A stretch of DNA of 64,000 bases from an uncultured Thermodesulfobacteriota bacterium (lineage in GTDB: Bacteria; Desulfobacterota; WTBG01; CAIYCZ01; CAIRTM01), in assembly GCA_964621615.1 (NCBI GenBank), contig CAZUMW010000001.1, positions 28,464 to 92,463 of the forward strand, written 5' to 3'. Position 1 is the stretch's first letter. Each line of letters starts with the position of its first letter. The notes beneath the pieces are model-generated. The model did no database searches, was not told the origin of the DNA, and worked only from the letters and a program-made list of their open reading frames with translations. This document shows, in pieces, positions 1 through 9,886 of this stretch. A program made the position numbers and the translations under genes.

Positions 1-22
1 TTTCTTTTAATAAGCGTTGAAA

Positions 23-796
23 TCAAAAATTCCGGTCTCCTCCCAGCAGCCCCCCGAGCAGGTCGCCCCCGATCCCGCCGACACCGCGCTGCTCGCCGCG
101 CTGCTGAAATCTCGATGCGGCAAATACGCGGTCCGCAAGGCGGGAAAACGGCAGGCTTTGCAGAAACACGGTTCCCGGCCCGGTCATTTTCGCCAGAAAA
201 ATTCCCTCGCCTCCGAAAAGGGCGTTTTTAAACCCTCCGATAAACTGAATATCATAATCAACAGACGGGGCAAACCCCACCAGGCAGCCGGTGTCTACCC
301 GGAGCGTTTCGCCGGGGCCCAGGTCTTTTTTTACAATGGTGCCCCCGGCATGCAAAAAAGCCAGCCCGTCGCCCTGCAGGCGCTGCAGAATGAATCCCTC
401 TCCGCCGAAAAAGCCGGCCCCAAGGCGCTTGGTAAAGGCAATGTCGATATCGATGCCGTTTGCCGCGCACAGAAAGGCATCCTTCTGGCACAGGTACGTT
501 CCCCCAACTGTTTCAAGGTCAAGGGGAATAATCTTGCCCGGATACGGGGCGCCGAAGGCAACGTGACCCTTGCCGGAGCCGCTGTAGAGAAACGTGGTTA
601 TAAAGAACGACTCCCCGGTTATCATCCGCTTAAAGCCCTTAAACAGGCCGCCGCCGGTGGACGTCTGCATCTCGATGCCCTCTTCCATATACATCATGGC
701 GCCTGCCTCGGCCCTGATGCCCTCTCCCGGATCGAGCTCTATTTCCACAAGCTGCATATCGTCGCCGTGGATTGTGTAGTCTATTACATCAGCCAT
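23..796 (-). CDS. AIM24/TIGR00266 (DUF124) family protein
   Basis: 257-aa ORF, Gly-rich beta-strand-like sequence typical of the AIM24/DUF124 family (GGG..F, repeated G-x-G patterns). The + strand ORF 17..865 is a high-GC shadow ORF. Confidence 0.55.
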   Translation of the reverse strand: MADVIDYTIHGDDMQLVEIELDPGEGIRAEAGAMMYMEEGIEMQTSTGGGLFKGFKRMITGESFFITTFLYSGSGKGHVAFGAPYPGKIIPLDLETVGGTYLCQKDAFLCAANGIDIDIAFTKRLGAGFFGGEGFILQRLQGDGLAFLHAGGTIVKKDLGPGETLRVDTGCLVGFAPSVDYDIQFIGGFKNALFGGEGIFLAKMTGPGTVFLQSLPFSRLADRVFAASRFQQRGEQRGVGGIGGDLLGGLLGGDRNF

Positions 797-828
797 TGTG
801 CTGTTCCTCCTGAAAAATTCTTTGTTGT

Positions 829-1560
829 TCAGCAGAATTGTATACTGGATTTCGTTGCCCGGTAAGACACCGCTATGCCGTTTGTGAGCATGGTATATTC
901 GATGGGGTCAAAGCCGGTTTTTTGCATCATATCACAGAGCGCATCCGGCAGCGGAAACGACCGGATTGAATCCGGCAGATACGCATATGCATCCCGGGAG
1001 CCGGCAAGAACAGAGCCGGTAAGCGGTATTACCGTGCGGGAGTACAGATTATACAGATACCTGAATACGGGATTTACCGGGCGCGAGAACTCAAGACACA
1101 GAAGCGTGCCGCCCGGCTTAAGCACGCGGTGTATTTCGCGAAGCCCCCGGCACATATCTGCAAGGTTTCTGAGCCCGAACCCGATCAGTACCGCATCAAA
1201 GGATTCGCTTTTGAGCGCAAGCTGCTGCGCATCACCGCACAGGTATGTCAGCGCAGCCCCGTACGGGTTTCGGTCTTTCTTTCCCAGTCCGGCACGAAGC
1301 ATGGCAAAGGAAAAATCATACACGGTCACCAGCCCCGATTTACCTGCAGCCGGGGCCGCCTGCAGGGCAAGATCGGCGGTTCCGCCGCACAGGTCAAGAA
1401 CCCGGTCGCCGGCTTTGATGCCGGCGTGCCTCACCGCATGGCGCTTCCAGCTGAAATGCAGCCCCATGCTCAGCAGCGTATTTATCAGATCGTATTTACC
1501 GGCAATATTTTCAAAATAGCGCTGTACGGTAGTGTGTTTTGACTTGATCATACGCTGCAT
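829..1560 (-). CDS. ubiE: demethylmenaquinone/ubiquinone C-methyltransferase (UbiE/MenG class I SAM methyltransferase)
   Basis: N-terminus [28 protein letters not shown] matches the UbiE/MenG signature. SAM motif [13 protein letters not shown]. Start chosen at an internal ATG (1560; alternative 1551) rather than the ORF maximum. Confidence 0.8.
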   Translation of the reverse strand: MQRMIKSKHTTVQRYFENIAGKYDLINTLLSMGLHFSWKRHAVRHAGIKAGDRVLDLCGGTADLALQAAPAAGKSGLVTVYDFSFAMLRAGLGKKDRNPYGAALTYLCGDAQQLALKSESFDAVLIGFGLRNLADMCRGLREIHRVLKPGGTLLCLEFSRPVNPVFRYLYNLYSRTVIPLTGSVLAGSRDAYAYLPDSIRSFPLPDALCDMMQKTGFDPIEYTMLTNGIAVSYRATKSSIQFC

Positions 1561-1923
1561 CTGCGAGTTGTTGTCCGGCAGGAAGTCTTTCCTTGAACAG
1601 GCCGGATTTTGGATCATCGTCCATCCAATGTATTGTCAAACCCAAAAATTGCTTAATTCTTTATCCTTTATTTGTACCAGAAAAACGGCACAGTGTCATG
1701 ATATTATACCGTAAACACCGGTATGGCATTTGTACAATCCGGACAACGTGGCGCCGTGCCATTTTTCGGATATTAACACCAATAAATAGTTCAAACCCTA
1801 AATTAAATAACAAAAATGTATTAAATCGAAAGCTTTTTCTTGCGCAAAAATTATTTTGACAGTAATATGTATACTGTTTGTACATATAAATAGTTCGTTT
1901 ACCGCATTTTCCACTATACATAA

Positions 1924-2030
1924 AAGGCCCGGCAGACATGGCGGCCAATCACTTTCTGCCGGGCGGGGACCCGTATTCATACACGCTGAGGCATACAATC
2001 CGCGGTGGTGTATGAATACGGCTTTTTTTG
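1924..2030 (+). repeat. copy 1 of ~105-nt intergenic repeat family (conserved 5' module GCCCGGCAGACRTGGCGGCCAAT..CTTTCTGC.GGGCGGGGA, 3' perfect hairpin 1971..2022 + T-run)
   Basis: Near-identical 5' module to elements at 13685, 16930 and 31131 (inverted). The 13-bp stem CCGTATTCATACA/TGTATGAATACGG followed by TTTTTTT is an intrinsic-terminator shape. Confidence 0.65.
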
Positions 2031-2095
2031 TGTGAAAAAAACAGGCTGCAGAAGAAAATACATTGACGGTTAACTGATATTAAAAGGAAAAAAGT

Positions 2096-5000
2096 ATGTT
2101 TGTGGCAATTGTGTCAAGAAAAAGAGGCAAACGGATTCTTAAAACCCTGTCCGTGCTTGTCTGCTTGAGCTGTTTTATGCAGTTCAGCGGGCTGGTTAAT
2201 CTTGCCGCAGCCGCAAAAATCGACCGCAACACCCTTAATCTGAAAAAACAACTTCCCGAACCGCCAACGCTGAAACCGCCGAAACGCTCCCCGCTGGGCG
2301 AAAAAATAATGCGGTGTACTGTGATGCTGATGCCTGCGGCGGTAAAAGAATACGTGTACAAGATCGAGTCCATCGAACAGCAGCTCGACCTGCTGGAGCA
2401 GAAGCTTGAAAGCGGTGAAGACATCAATATCGATTACCGCATTGTGCTTGCCAAACTCGCCGGTTTGAAATCGCTAAGAAAAGAAGTGCAGCGTAATTTC
2501 CGTATCAGAAGCCGGCGCCTTAAAGAGCGTCTTGCAAAAAAAGAGATGCCGGTTGTGCGGAATGCTCTTGATGCGCTTCAAAAACAGCGCCGGGAATTCC
2601 GTGAAGCAGCAGCGCCGGTTTTCGAAACACTTGAAGCATTCGGGATCGCCGATGCGGTTGACCGGGTAAAGATAAACCGGCTGCGACGGCTTGTAAAGCG
2701 TCTGAAGGTTTTTAAACGGCGGCTTCCCCGCAGCCACGACAATCCCCTTCCCTGGCGAAGCGTTGAGCGAAATCAGGTCAAGCCCGAAACTGAAAGTTCT
2801 GTTACTCCCGCCTATATGCGATCTTCTAAAAACAGGTATGCAGCGCGGATTACAAGAAAACCGGCTGGTTCAAAAAGCCTTTCTGCTGCGGCGACCGGCG
2901 CGCCGATGCCCGATGACCTTTCAGAAACACCGGATGTTGTCATAACCCGGCAGATGCGAGATATTGTTGAGCGGCTCGGACACTCCCCGGCCCGAATCTA
3001 TGAGTGGGTTAAAAACAATATCCAATCCGAATTCTACCACGGCTCTTTGCGCGGCTCCGCGGGCACCCTTGCCAAACGCGCCGGTAACGATACCGATACC
3101 TGCTCGCTGCTGATAGCGCTTCTTCGGGCAGCCGGTGTGCCGTGCCGCTACGTGCAGGGCACGGTGGAGATACCGATGCAGCGCGCAAAAGCACTTACCG
3201 GTATCGAGCATGAGCCCCATGTGGGCCGGTATTTTGCCAACGCAGGCATTCCCGTCTGGAACACCGGCACCGGCAGGATACGCTTTGAGCACACCTGGGT
3301 TGAAGCCTGGGTTGACTATATGCCCTACGGCGGTGCAAAAGCCGGGACCGGTGACACCTGGGTGCCGCTTTCCCCCTGGTACAAAGACTATGAAAACACC
3401 CCCGGCACCGACCTTGCCGGCCTGACAGGATTTGACCGTGAAATGTTTATCAACGATTATATGCAGACCGTGCGTACCGATGACCCGGCTGATGCATACA
3501 AAATGTATTTTGACAATTGGTTCAGAGAAAACGGGCCGGGCCGGAACTGGCAGGAAGGGCTGGGCAGCCGCAGCCTGAAGCCCGAGCACTTCAGAAAGCT
3601 GCCGGCGACGGTCAATTTCGAGGTCATTTCCTTTCTGGGTGAACATGCAGCCCTGCCGCAGGATCAGCGCCACACGGTGACTATTGAAGTGCCGGAAGCG
3701 GGCATTGCATACACTATGAATATCATGGATTGTATCGGCAAAAAAATTTCTTTTGCCTATCTTCCTGCAGACAACGAAACCCGGGATCTGATTAATGAAA
3801 GGGGCGGTATTGACCATATACACCCCTTAAGTGTCAATCTGCTGCCCACGCTTCTTGTTGACGGGAAGCGGACGGCAGCGGGTAAAACGGTTAACGCAGG
3901 TTTTGAGCACGCGATGCGCGTTACGTTTTATGTGCCCGGTTTCGGAAGCGATGCGGTTATCTATGAAATGGTTTCGGGCGTCTATTATGTTCTCGGGATC
4001 GATCCGCAGCATGTAACAAACAAACTGCTTTCCGACAGGCTTTCTGGCAGGTGTGCTCAGGCTGAAGAACCCGTTTCTGCTTATGAGAATATGGATGAAA
4101 CGCCTGGTGATGCATTATATGTTTCCGTCATGAAGTATTTTCGCGACCGGAATACGGCCGATTACGACATTGCCGCCCTGTCAAAGGTCCGGGTTCTGAA
4201 GGAAACAACCTGTGCATTAATCGGCCGGGACCCACAGGTGATTGTGGACCGGTTCGGCCTGCCGGTCTCACTTGATAGGGGGCTCCTGTTTATTGATTCT
4301 CAGCGCGATTTTGTAACCCCGGTTTCGGTTGCCGGTGACAGCACGGCTGAAAAAGATTTTTTGTATATACGCGGGTATAACGCTTCATATAATGAGCATG
4401 ACATGTTTGAAGATTATGTGGGTATTGAGGCGGTTTCAACGGTTAAGCTGCTTCAGATTGCACGGCAGCACAATATGCCGGTGTATACTATCGATGCAGC
4501 TAACAGCGACAGTATCATCCCGCTTCTGGGACATGATGAAGCGGTGAAGCAGGTGATCCGGAATGCCGTACACAGAGGCCGCATTGTTACGGTACACAAA
4601 GATCCGGTGACGGTTAAGCAGTGGCGGGGAGTCGGGTATATAGAACGTGACCCGGTAACCCATGCCGCCGGGTATTACGGCATCGGCAGGAAAGGGTTTG
4701 CTTCAGCGGTTTTAACCGATATACAAAGCGAGGTGATCTGGCAGACAGGCAAAGTCGGAACGACCTGCGGCAACCCGGTCAGCATGGCAAGCGGCAATAA
4801 ACTGCAAAAGGAAACCGACCTTGTGCTGCCTGCTGCGGGAAAGGATGTTGATATAACGAGATACTACAACTCACGTGGAGACTGGGTCGGGCTGTTCGGG
4901 CACGGCTGGACCTTCACCTGTGATGAGCAGTTGCATGAGCGCTCTGCTGACGGCCAGGTTGTGTACCGGACAGCAGACGGCAGGCTGTATACCTATACCC

Positions 5001-8000
5001 CCGATGCAGACGGCACCTATACGGCTGAGCCGGGAAATTATGCGGTGCTGACAAAAACTGACGAAGGGTTTGTTATCCGCAAAAAGGGCGGCACACGGCA
5101 TCTGTTTAACCCGGCCGGGAAACTGATGCAGATCGTCGACCGGAACGGCAACTCACTGAGTTTCAGCTACAGCGGTGATGCCCTGACCGGCATTACCGAT
5201 GCTGCCGGGCGCAGGATAGACGTTGAGTGCCGGGATGGTAAAATAACACGGATCACTACTCCTGATGACGATAACACGTGGACCTACACCTATAACGGTG
5301 ATGATCTTGTCAAAGCCGTCAATAATGCAGGACAGACTGTATCCTATACATACCGGGACCATAACATGACCTCCCGAACCGGGCCCGGGGGCAAAACGGT
5401 TGTATATGAATATTACAGCAGCGGGAAAGTGCACTGCGAGCTTTTGCCCAACGGTGCCGAAATGGTGTTCAGCTACAACAGCCCGCTCAGGATAGCAACC
5501 ATGCGCGGCGGATGCTGCTCGGTCTCGCATCATTATTACAACCGGTACGGGCTGAATACGGGGCATATGGACGCTCTGGGCTATGAAGAGCTTGTTGAGT
5601 ATGATGACCAATTAAATGTGGTAAAAGTGATCGACAAAAAAGGCGGTGTGGTGAAAAACACCTATGATGAAAACGGCAACCTGCTGACAAAAACAGATCA
5701 GCTGAATCATACGACCGCCTACACCCATGAGCCGGTATATAACCAGGTCCTGACCGTGACCGACGGGGAAGGAAATACCACCACAAACACCTATGATGAC
5801 CGGGGGAATCTGCTTGCCACGGTCGATCCGGAAGGGGTGCGCATTGAACATGCATATTATGAAAACGGTCTGATTAAGACGACCGGCAGAAACGGTATTA
5901 TAAAAGCAGGCTTTACCTATTATGCGGATGGCACCCTTGCAACCGTAACGGATGGGGATAATAATACCGCGCGCTTTACCTATAACGCGCTGGGCAGGCT
6001 CACCGGAAAAACCGATGCAAACGGCAACACAACGGCATACGAGCTTGATAAGGCAGGCAATATTATCACGACGACCGATGCGGAAGGAAACCGGACCGTT
6101 TTTACCTACAACGAACAGAACCTTCGCACCAGCATGACCGATGGGCGCGGAAACACCACCACTTATGAATACAATGCGTATGGCAAACTCATAACAGTGA
6201 CCGATCCCATGGGTTTTGAGAAGAGCTATACCTATACGCCCATGTATGAGCTTGCATCCGAAACGGATAAAAACGGAAACACTACTTTCTATGTATATGA
6301 TGAGCTGCGCCGGGTTGTTGAAAAGCAGTATGCGGACGGCTCCGTTGAAACCTTCACCTACGATCCTGAAGGCAGGCTGATCAGCGCCGCGAACAGTCAG
6401 GGTACCACGGTGCAGGAATATGATGCTGCCGGGCGGCTGGTGAAAACGATCGATACCTTTGGCCAGGAAATTTCCTATACCTATTATGCCGACGGCAGCC
6501 GGAAGTCCATGACAGATCCGCAGGGCGGCGTGACACAATATGACTATTATGCAAACGGACAGATCAAATCGATTACCGGTCCCTCGGGAAAGACAACCGC
6601 CTATGCGTATACGGACGGGCTGCTTGAAAAGATCAGTAATCCAAACGGCACAGAAACCGTTTACGGCTATGATACTGCAGACCGGGTACACAGCCTTATC
6701 ACCCGCAAACAAAACGGCGAGGTGATTTCAGACATCCGGTATGAGTATGACGGTGTCGGCAATCGCCTGAGCATGACCGATACCGAAGGGGTTCACACCT
6801 ATGAATACGACATGCTCGATCAGGTCGTACGGGTCGACTATCCGGACGGTACGTTTACTGAGTATACCTATGATCCGGCATATAACCGGGCGACAATGAC
6901 AACCCCTGATGCAGCCGTTCTGTATGTGTATGACGATAACAACCGCCTGATAGAGGCCGGTGATGTAACCTTCAGCTATGATGCAAACGGCAACCAGATC
7001 AGCAGGCTGGAGGACGGGGAGGTGACCGCCTACCGGTTTGATGCAAAGAATCAGCTCGCAGGAATCTCCTTCAGCAGCGGAACTGAAAATACATTTGCCT
7101 ATAATGCCTTCGGGCAGAGGATCACCCGGAAGGACGGCTCCGCTATCATGCATTATCTGTATGACGGCAGGCAGGTGCTCATGCAGACAAACGGACAGGG
7201 CGTAATAAGCAGCGCATTTGTGAACGGATCCGGGTTAATCGGACCGCTTTATAAAAAGAACGCAAGGGATGAATACACCTGGTATGTCAGGGATGCCCTG
7301 GGCACTGCAACCCATCTGACCGATGAGGCAGGTGACATTGCTGCCTCATACCGGTATGATATATTCGGCGCGGTGCGAAGCTCAACGGTTATTGATGACC
7401 GGGGAATCAGGAATCAATATACGGGAAAAGAGCTTGACGATGAATCGGGCCTCATGTATTTCGGAGCGAGATATTATAACCCGGAGATCGGCCGGTTTGT
7501 TTCTGCTGATACCTACACCTGGGGGCCGGATGATGAGAGGGGGATGAACAGTCGCGGACAGGATCACATTTTGACATATGTTGGTGCTACTCAAACATCG
7601 CAATTAAACCTTTATGTTTATACAGCCAACAATCCTGTCAAACAGATTGATCCAGACGGACATCTAGCGGGCCTTGCTGCAATAGTTGCGTTGATTATGC
7701 TCAGTTTAGTAGCTTCTTCATTGATGGTAATTGCTAGAACTTTTACGGGTACTATAGGAAATAATGCAGCGGAAGTTTTAAGCGGAATGGTTGCTGATTT
7801 CATGACAGCGTACGGTTTGCTTGGTGCGCTTCCTGGGATAGCAACTGCTACTTTGACTTCTTTGTTGGTAAATTTTGTTACTACCCTATGGACAGAGCTT
7901 TATCTTAACCGCACAATTAGAGCAGTAAACAAATTTTACAGTGCTATTGACAGTTTGTTAGCATATTATGAATCTCCGCGTGTACAATGTCCAATTTTTC

Positions 8001-8005
8001 ATTAG
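2096..8005 (+). CDS. Rhs/YD-repeat polymorphic toxin (1969 aa) with N-terminal signal-like segment and a transglutaminase-like cysteine-protease domain; C-terminal hydrophobic toxin tip
   Basis: AGGA-like RBS before ATG. The transglutaminase-like Cys-His core is CSLLIALLRAAGVPCRYVQG ... EHTWVEAWVD (nt ~3080-3330). Dozens of YD repeats (YTYDxxGNL, nt ~4900-7200). Rhs core motif RYYNPEIGRFVSADTY (nt 7471-7518), then DPDGHLAGL (nt ~7648). The last ~110 aa are hydrophobic and Gly/Ala-rich. GC drops sharply from ~7560 to the stop. Confidence 0.85.
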   Translation: MFVAIVSRKRGKRILKTLSVLVCLSCFMQFSGLVNLAAAAKIDRNTLNLKKQLPEPPTLKPPKRSPLGEKIMRCTVMLMPAAVKEYVYKIESIEQQLDLLEQKLESGEDINIDYRIVLAKLAGLKSLRKEVQRNFRIRSRRLKERLAKKEMPVVRNALDALQKQRREFREAAAPVFETLEAFGIADAVDRVKINRLRRLVKRLKVFKRRLPRSHDNPLPWRSVERNQVKPETESSVTPAYMRSSKNRYAARITRKPAGSKSLSAAATGAPMPDDLSETPDVVITRQMRDIVERLGHSPARIYEWVKNNIQSEFYHGSLRGSAGTLAKRAGNDTDTCSLLIALLRAAGVPCRYVQGTVEIPMQRAKALTGIEHEPHVGRYFANAGIPVWNTGTGRIRFEHTWVEAWVDYMPYGGAKAGTGDTWVPLSPWYKDYENTPGTDLAGLTGFDREMFINDYMQTVRTDDPADAYKMYFDNWFRENGPGRNWQEGLGSRSLKPEHFRKLPATVNFEVISFLGEHAALPQDQRHTVTIEVPEAGIAYTMNIMDCIGKKISFAYLPADNETRDLINERGGIDHIHPLSVNLLPTLLVDGKRTAAGKTVNAGFEHAMRVTFYVPGFGSDAVIYEMVSGVYYVLGIDPQHVTNKLLSDRLSGRCAQAEEPVSAYENMDETPGDALYVSVMKYFRDRNTADYDIAALSKVRVLKETTCALIGRDPQVIVDRFGLPVSLDRGLLFIDSQRDFVTPVSVAGDSTAEKDFLYIRGYNASYNEHDMFEDYVGIEAVSTVKLLQIARQHNMPVYTIDAANSDSIIPLLGHDEAVKQVIRNAVHRGRIVTVHKDPVTVKQWRGVGYIERDPVTHAAGYYGIGRKGFASAVLTDIQSEVIWQTGKVGTTCGNPVSMASGNKLQKETDLVLPAAGKDVDITRYYNSRGDWVGLFGHGWTFTCDEQLHERSADGQVVYRTADGRLYTYTPDADGTYTAEPGNYAVLTKTDEGFVIRKKGGTRHLFNPAGKLMQIVDRNGNSLSFSYSGDALTGITDAAGRRIDVECRDGKITRITTPDDDNTWTYTYNGDDLVKAVNNAGQTVSYTYRDHNMTSRTGPGGKTVVYEYYSSGKVHCELLPNGAEMVFSYNSPLRIATMRGGCCSVSHHYYNRYGLNTGHMDALGYEELVEYDDQLNVVKVIDKKGGVVKNTYDENGNLLTKTDQLNHTTAYTHEPVYNQVLTVTDGEGNTTTNTYDDRGNLLATVDPEGVRIEHAYYENGLIKTTGRNGIIKAGFTYYADGTLATVTDGDNNTARFTYNALGRLTGKTDANGNTTAYELDKAGNIITTTDAEGNRTVFTYNEQNLRTSMTDGRGNTTTYEYNAYGKLITVTDPMGFEKSYTYTPMYELASETDKNGNTTFYVYDELRRVVEKQYADGSVETFTYDPEGRLISAANSQGTTVQEYDAAGRLVKTIDTFGQEISYTYYADGSRKSMTDPQGGVTQYDYYANGQIKSITGPSGKTTAYAYTDGLLEKISNPNGTETVYGYDTADRVHSLITRKQNGEVISDIRYEYDGVGNRLSMTDTEGVHTYEYDMLDQVVRVDYPDGTFTEYTYDPAYNRATMTTPDAAVLYVYDDNNRLIEAGDVTFSYDANGNQISRLEDGEVTAYRFDAKNQLAGISFSSGTENTFAYNAFGQRITRKDGSAIMHYLYDGRQVLMQTNGQGVISSAFVNGSGLIGPLYKKNARDEYTWYVRDALGTATHLTDEAGDIAASYRYDIFGAVRSSTVIDDRGIRNQYTGKELDDESGLMYFGARYYNPEIGRFVSADTYTWGPDDERGMNSRGQDHILTYVGATQTSQLNLYVYTANNPVKQIDPDGHLAGLAAIVALIMLSLVASSLMVIARTFTGTIGNNAAEVLSGMVADFMTAYGLLGALPGIATATLTSLLVNFVTTLWTELYLNRTIRAVNKFYSAIDSLLAYYESPRVQCPIFH

Positions 8006-8203
8006 ATCAAAAGTTTTTTTAGAGTCGTGTCAAAAAAATTCAACAACTTTCATCCCGGGCGAATAAAGTGAGATTTGGAATTTATGTTCTGTTAGATTTT
8101 CCATGGATTCCGCATTAATAGAGGGGTGAAAGAATAGATAGTTTTTTGATGCTATGCCGACAAGTGTAAATCAATATCGTACATCATTTAGGGAGTTTTG
8201 AAA

Positions 8204-8578
8204 ATGCCGTTACTGGACATATTGTTAGCCATTTTTGGTTTTGGTTTAATGGTTTTATGTATGCTGTTCCCAGAAAAAGTTAAATCATTTTATTCCACTA
8301 ATAATGAGAAAGAAATAAAACCGCAATTAAAAAAAATTACAATAGGTTTATTTGTTCTTATTATCGATTTCGGAATATGGTCTATATGTTCTTTGGTAGT
8401 TGGAATAAATATTACTGATGAAGGAAAAATATTATTTAATTTTATAACAATAATTATTGTTCCTTTAATATCTTTCATCTTTATTTTCTTTGGGCTTATT
8501 GATTTGATTAAACACTTATTATCAACAAAAAAAACGAAGCAAAAGGAAGCAAGGAATAAACCAGGGGTTACATCTTAA
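8204..8578 (+). CDS. small multi-pass membrane protein, candidate Rhs immunity protein
   Basis: Immediately downstream of the Rhs toxin tip. AGGGAG RBS 8 nt before ATG 8204. 124 aa with about 4 predicted TM helices. Very AT-rich like the toxin tip. No recognisable family. Confidence 0.5.
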   Translation: MPLLDILLAIFGFGLMVLCMLFPEKVKSFYSTNNEKEIKPQLKKITIGLFVLIIDFGIWSICSLVVGINITDEGKILFNFITIIIVPLISFIFIFFGLIDLIKHLLSTKKTKQKEARNKPGVTS

Positions 8579-9660
8579 ATAATAACTATTGCATACAAAA
8601 AGAAGCGACAATAATGTCTCAAAGACACACGATTCAATCAGATTGTATTGTGGGGAGAGATCAATGACACGTGCATTGCGTGTTGAGTATGAAGGGGCGT
8701 TCTATCATATTCTTAATCGAGGCAACGGGGGAGAGAAAGTACTCAAACAAAAGCGGGACAAGGAAAGATTTCTTCAGTATGCAGGAGAAGCCGCTGAACG
8801 ATACAGCTTTGTCATTCACACCTATTGCCTGATGGATAACCATTTTCATGTGGTTGTAGAGACCCGTGAAGCAAATCTGAGTACAGCAATGCAGTGGCTC
8901 AATGTGAGCTATGCGACATGGTATAACAAAAAGCACAGCCGAAGCGGTCATGTATTTCAGGGAAGATTCAAATCATATTTGATAGATGCGGATGAATATT
9001 TGGCAGCGGTATCCCGTTACATACATCTCAATCCGGTTCGGGCGGGGATGGCAGAAAATCCTGCGGTTTATCAATGGAGCAGTTACGGGTGTTTTGTGGA
9101 ACAACGGGAAAAGCCCGGATGTCTGGAGACCCGGAAAGTGCTTTCATATTTCAGCCCAAAGACTTCTGAGGCAATAAAGGAATATAAGAGGTTTGTTGAA
9201 AATATAGAGATAAACGCGCTTGAAAATCCCAGCAAACAAGCTGTTGAGGGATTTATAATCGGGGGAGCTGGTTTTGCAGACCGGGTGCGGCAACAAATGG
9301 TTACAGCAAATCACGAACAGGAAAAAGAGATTCCCCAGCTTAAAAGGCTTAAGCCCAAACCGGCACTTGAAAGCATAATAGAAGCAGCGTCTTATGTGTT
9401 TTGCTGCAGGAGAGAAGATATTGTAAGAAGCGGAAAGAAACATAACCTGGCACGTGATATAGCGATATATATTGCACGAACGTCAACCGGTTTGTCATGC
9501 AGAGAACTCGGGGAGCATTTTGGCGGAATAACGGGTGCCGGGATTACTATGAAGTACAGGCAGATAAAAAATCTGGCGGAAAAGGAAAAAGGTATCAGGG
9601 AAAACATAGCGAATATCAGCAGCCGTATATTTAATATTTAAGATGTGACCCTTGACTATG
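8563..9660 (+). mobile_element. IS200/IS605-like (Y1 HuH transposase + DnaA_C-like HTH) element delimited by 16-bp inverted repeats GGGTTACATCTTAAAT / ATTTAAGATGTGACCC
   Basis: The left repeat at 8563-8578 overlaps the stop of the immunity ORF. The right inverted copy is at ~9639-9656 (15/16 match). Single transposase ORF inside. Low GC. Confidence 0.5.
8664..9641 (+). CDS. IS200-like Y1 (HuH) transposase / RAYT-type protein fused to DnaA C-terminal-like HTH domain
   Basis: HuH motif DNHFHVVVE and Tyr motif RYIHLNPV (Y1 transposase fold). The C-terminal ARDIAIYIARTSTGLSCRELGEHFG resembles the DnaA_C HTH. GGGGAGAGA RBS upstream of ATG 8664. Confidence 0.7.
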   Translation: MTRALRVEYEGAFYHILNRGNGGEKVLKQKRDKERFLQYAGEAAERYSFVIHTYCLMDNHFHVVVETREANLSTAMQWLNVSYATWYNKKHSRSGHVFQGRFKSYLIDADEYLAAVSRYIHLNPVRAGMAENPAVYQWSSYGCFVEQREKPGCLETRKVLSYFSPKTSEAIKEYKRFVENIEINALENPSKQAVEGFIIGGAGFADRVRQQMVTANHEQEKEIPQLKRLKPKPALESIIEAASYVFCCRREDIVRSGKKHNLARDIAIYIARTSTGLSCRELGEHFGGITGAGITMKYRQIKNLAEKEKGIRENIANISSRIFNI

Positions 9661-9801
9661 CTCAAAAAATATTTTTTGGCAAATTTCATTGTGTTTGCTG
9701 TTTTTGTTGTTACCCTGGGTGCAGCAGTTGTACTGATTATTATAGGTCTATTTGATTTGATTCGCCATTGGTTTAAGAAAAGGAAAAGGGTCACATCTTA
9801 A
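9658..9801 (+). CDS. 47-aa hydrophobic mini-ORF, orphan immunity-like fragment (C-terminus homologous to 8204..8578 product)
   Basis: Translation MLKKYFLANFIVFAVFVVTLGAAVVLIIIGLFDLIRHWFKKRKRVTS. The C-terminus (GLFDLIRHW...VTS*) parallels GLIDLIKHLL...GVTS* of the upstream protein. The nucleotide 3' end, including GGGTCACATCTTAAAT, is duplicated. No clear RBS. Below the ORF-track length cutoff. Confidence 0.35.
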   Translation: MLKKYFLANFIVFAVFVVTLGAAVVLIIIGLFDLIRHWFKKRKRVTS

Positions 9802-9886
9802 ATATTAAATATTTCACACAAAGAGAAGCACAAATGATGTCTCATAGGAACACGATTCAGGCAGATTGTATTTTGGGGAACGGTTA

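Noticed and set aside
17-865. 282-aa + strand ORF overlapping the AIM24-like gene
   Set aside because: Antisense shadow ORF in high-GC DNA. Its translation is low-complexity, rich in Ala/Arg/Pro and without motifs. The minus-strand frame has a recognisable family signature.
875-1542. 214-aa and 137-aa + strand ORFs antisense to ubiE
   Set aside because: Shadow ORFs. The minus strand encodes a clear UbiE/MenG methyltransferase.
1856-1891. Possible sigma70-like promoter (TTGACA at 1856-1861) upstream of the Rhs gene
   Set aside because: No -10 hexamer at acceptable spacing: TATACT is 8 nt away and TATAAA is 23 nt away. Too weak to call.
5612-6712. 366-aa minus-strand ORF inside the Rhs gene
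   Set aside because: Antisense of the YD-repeat region. Repetitive, low-complexity translation. No independent signals.
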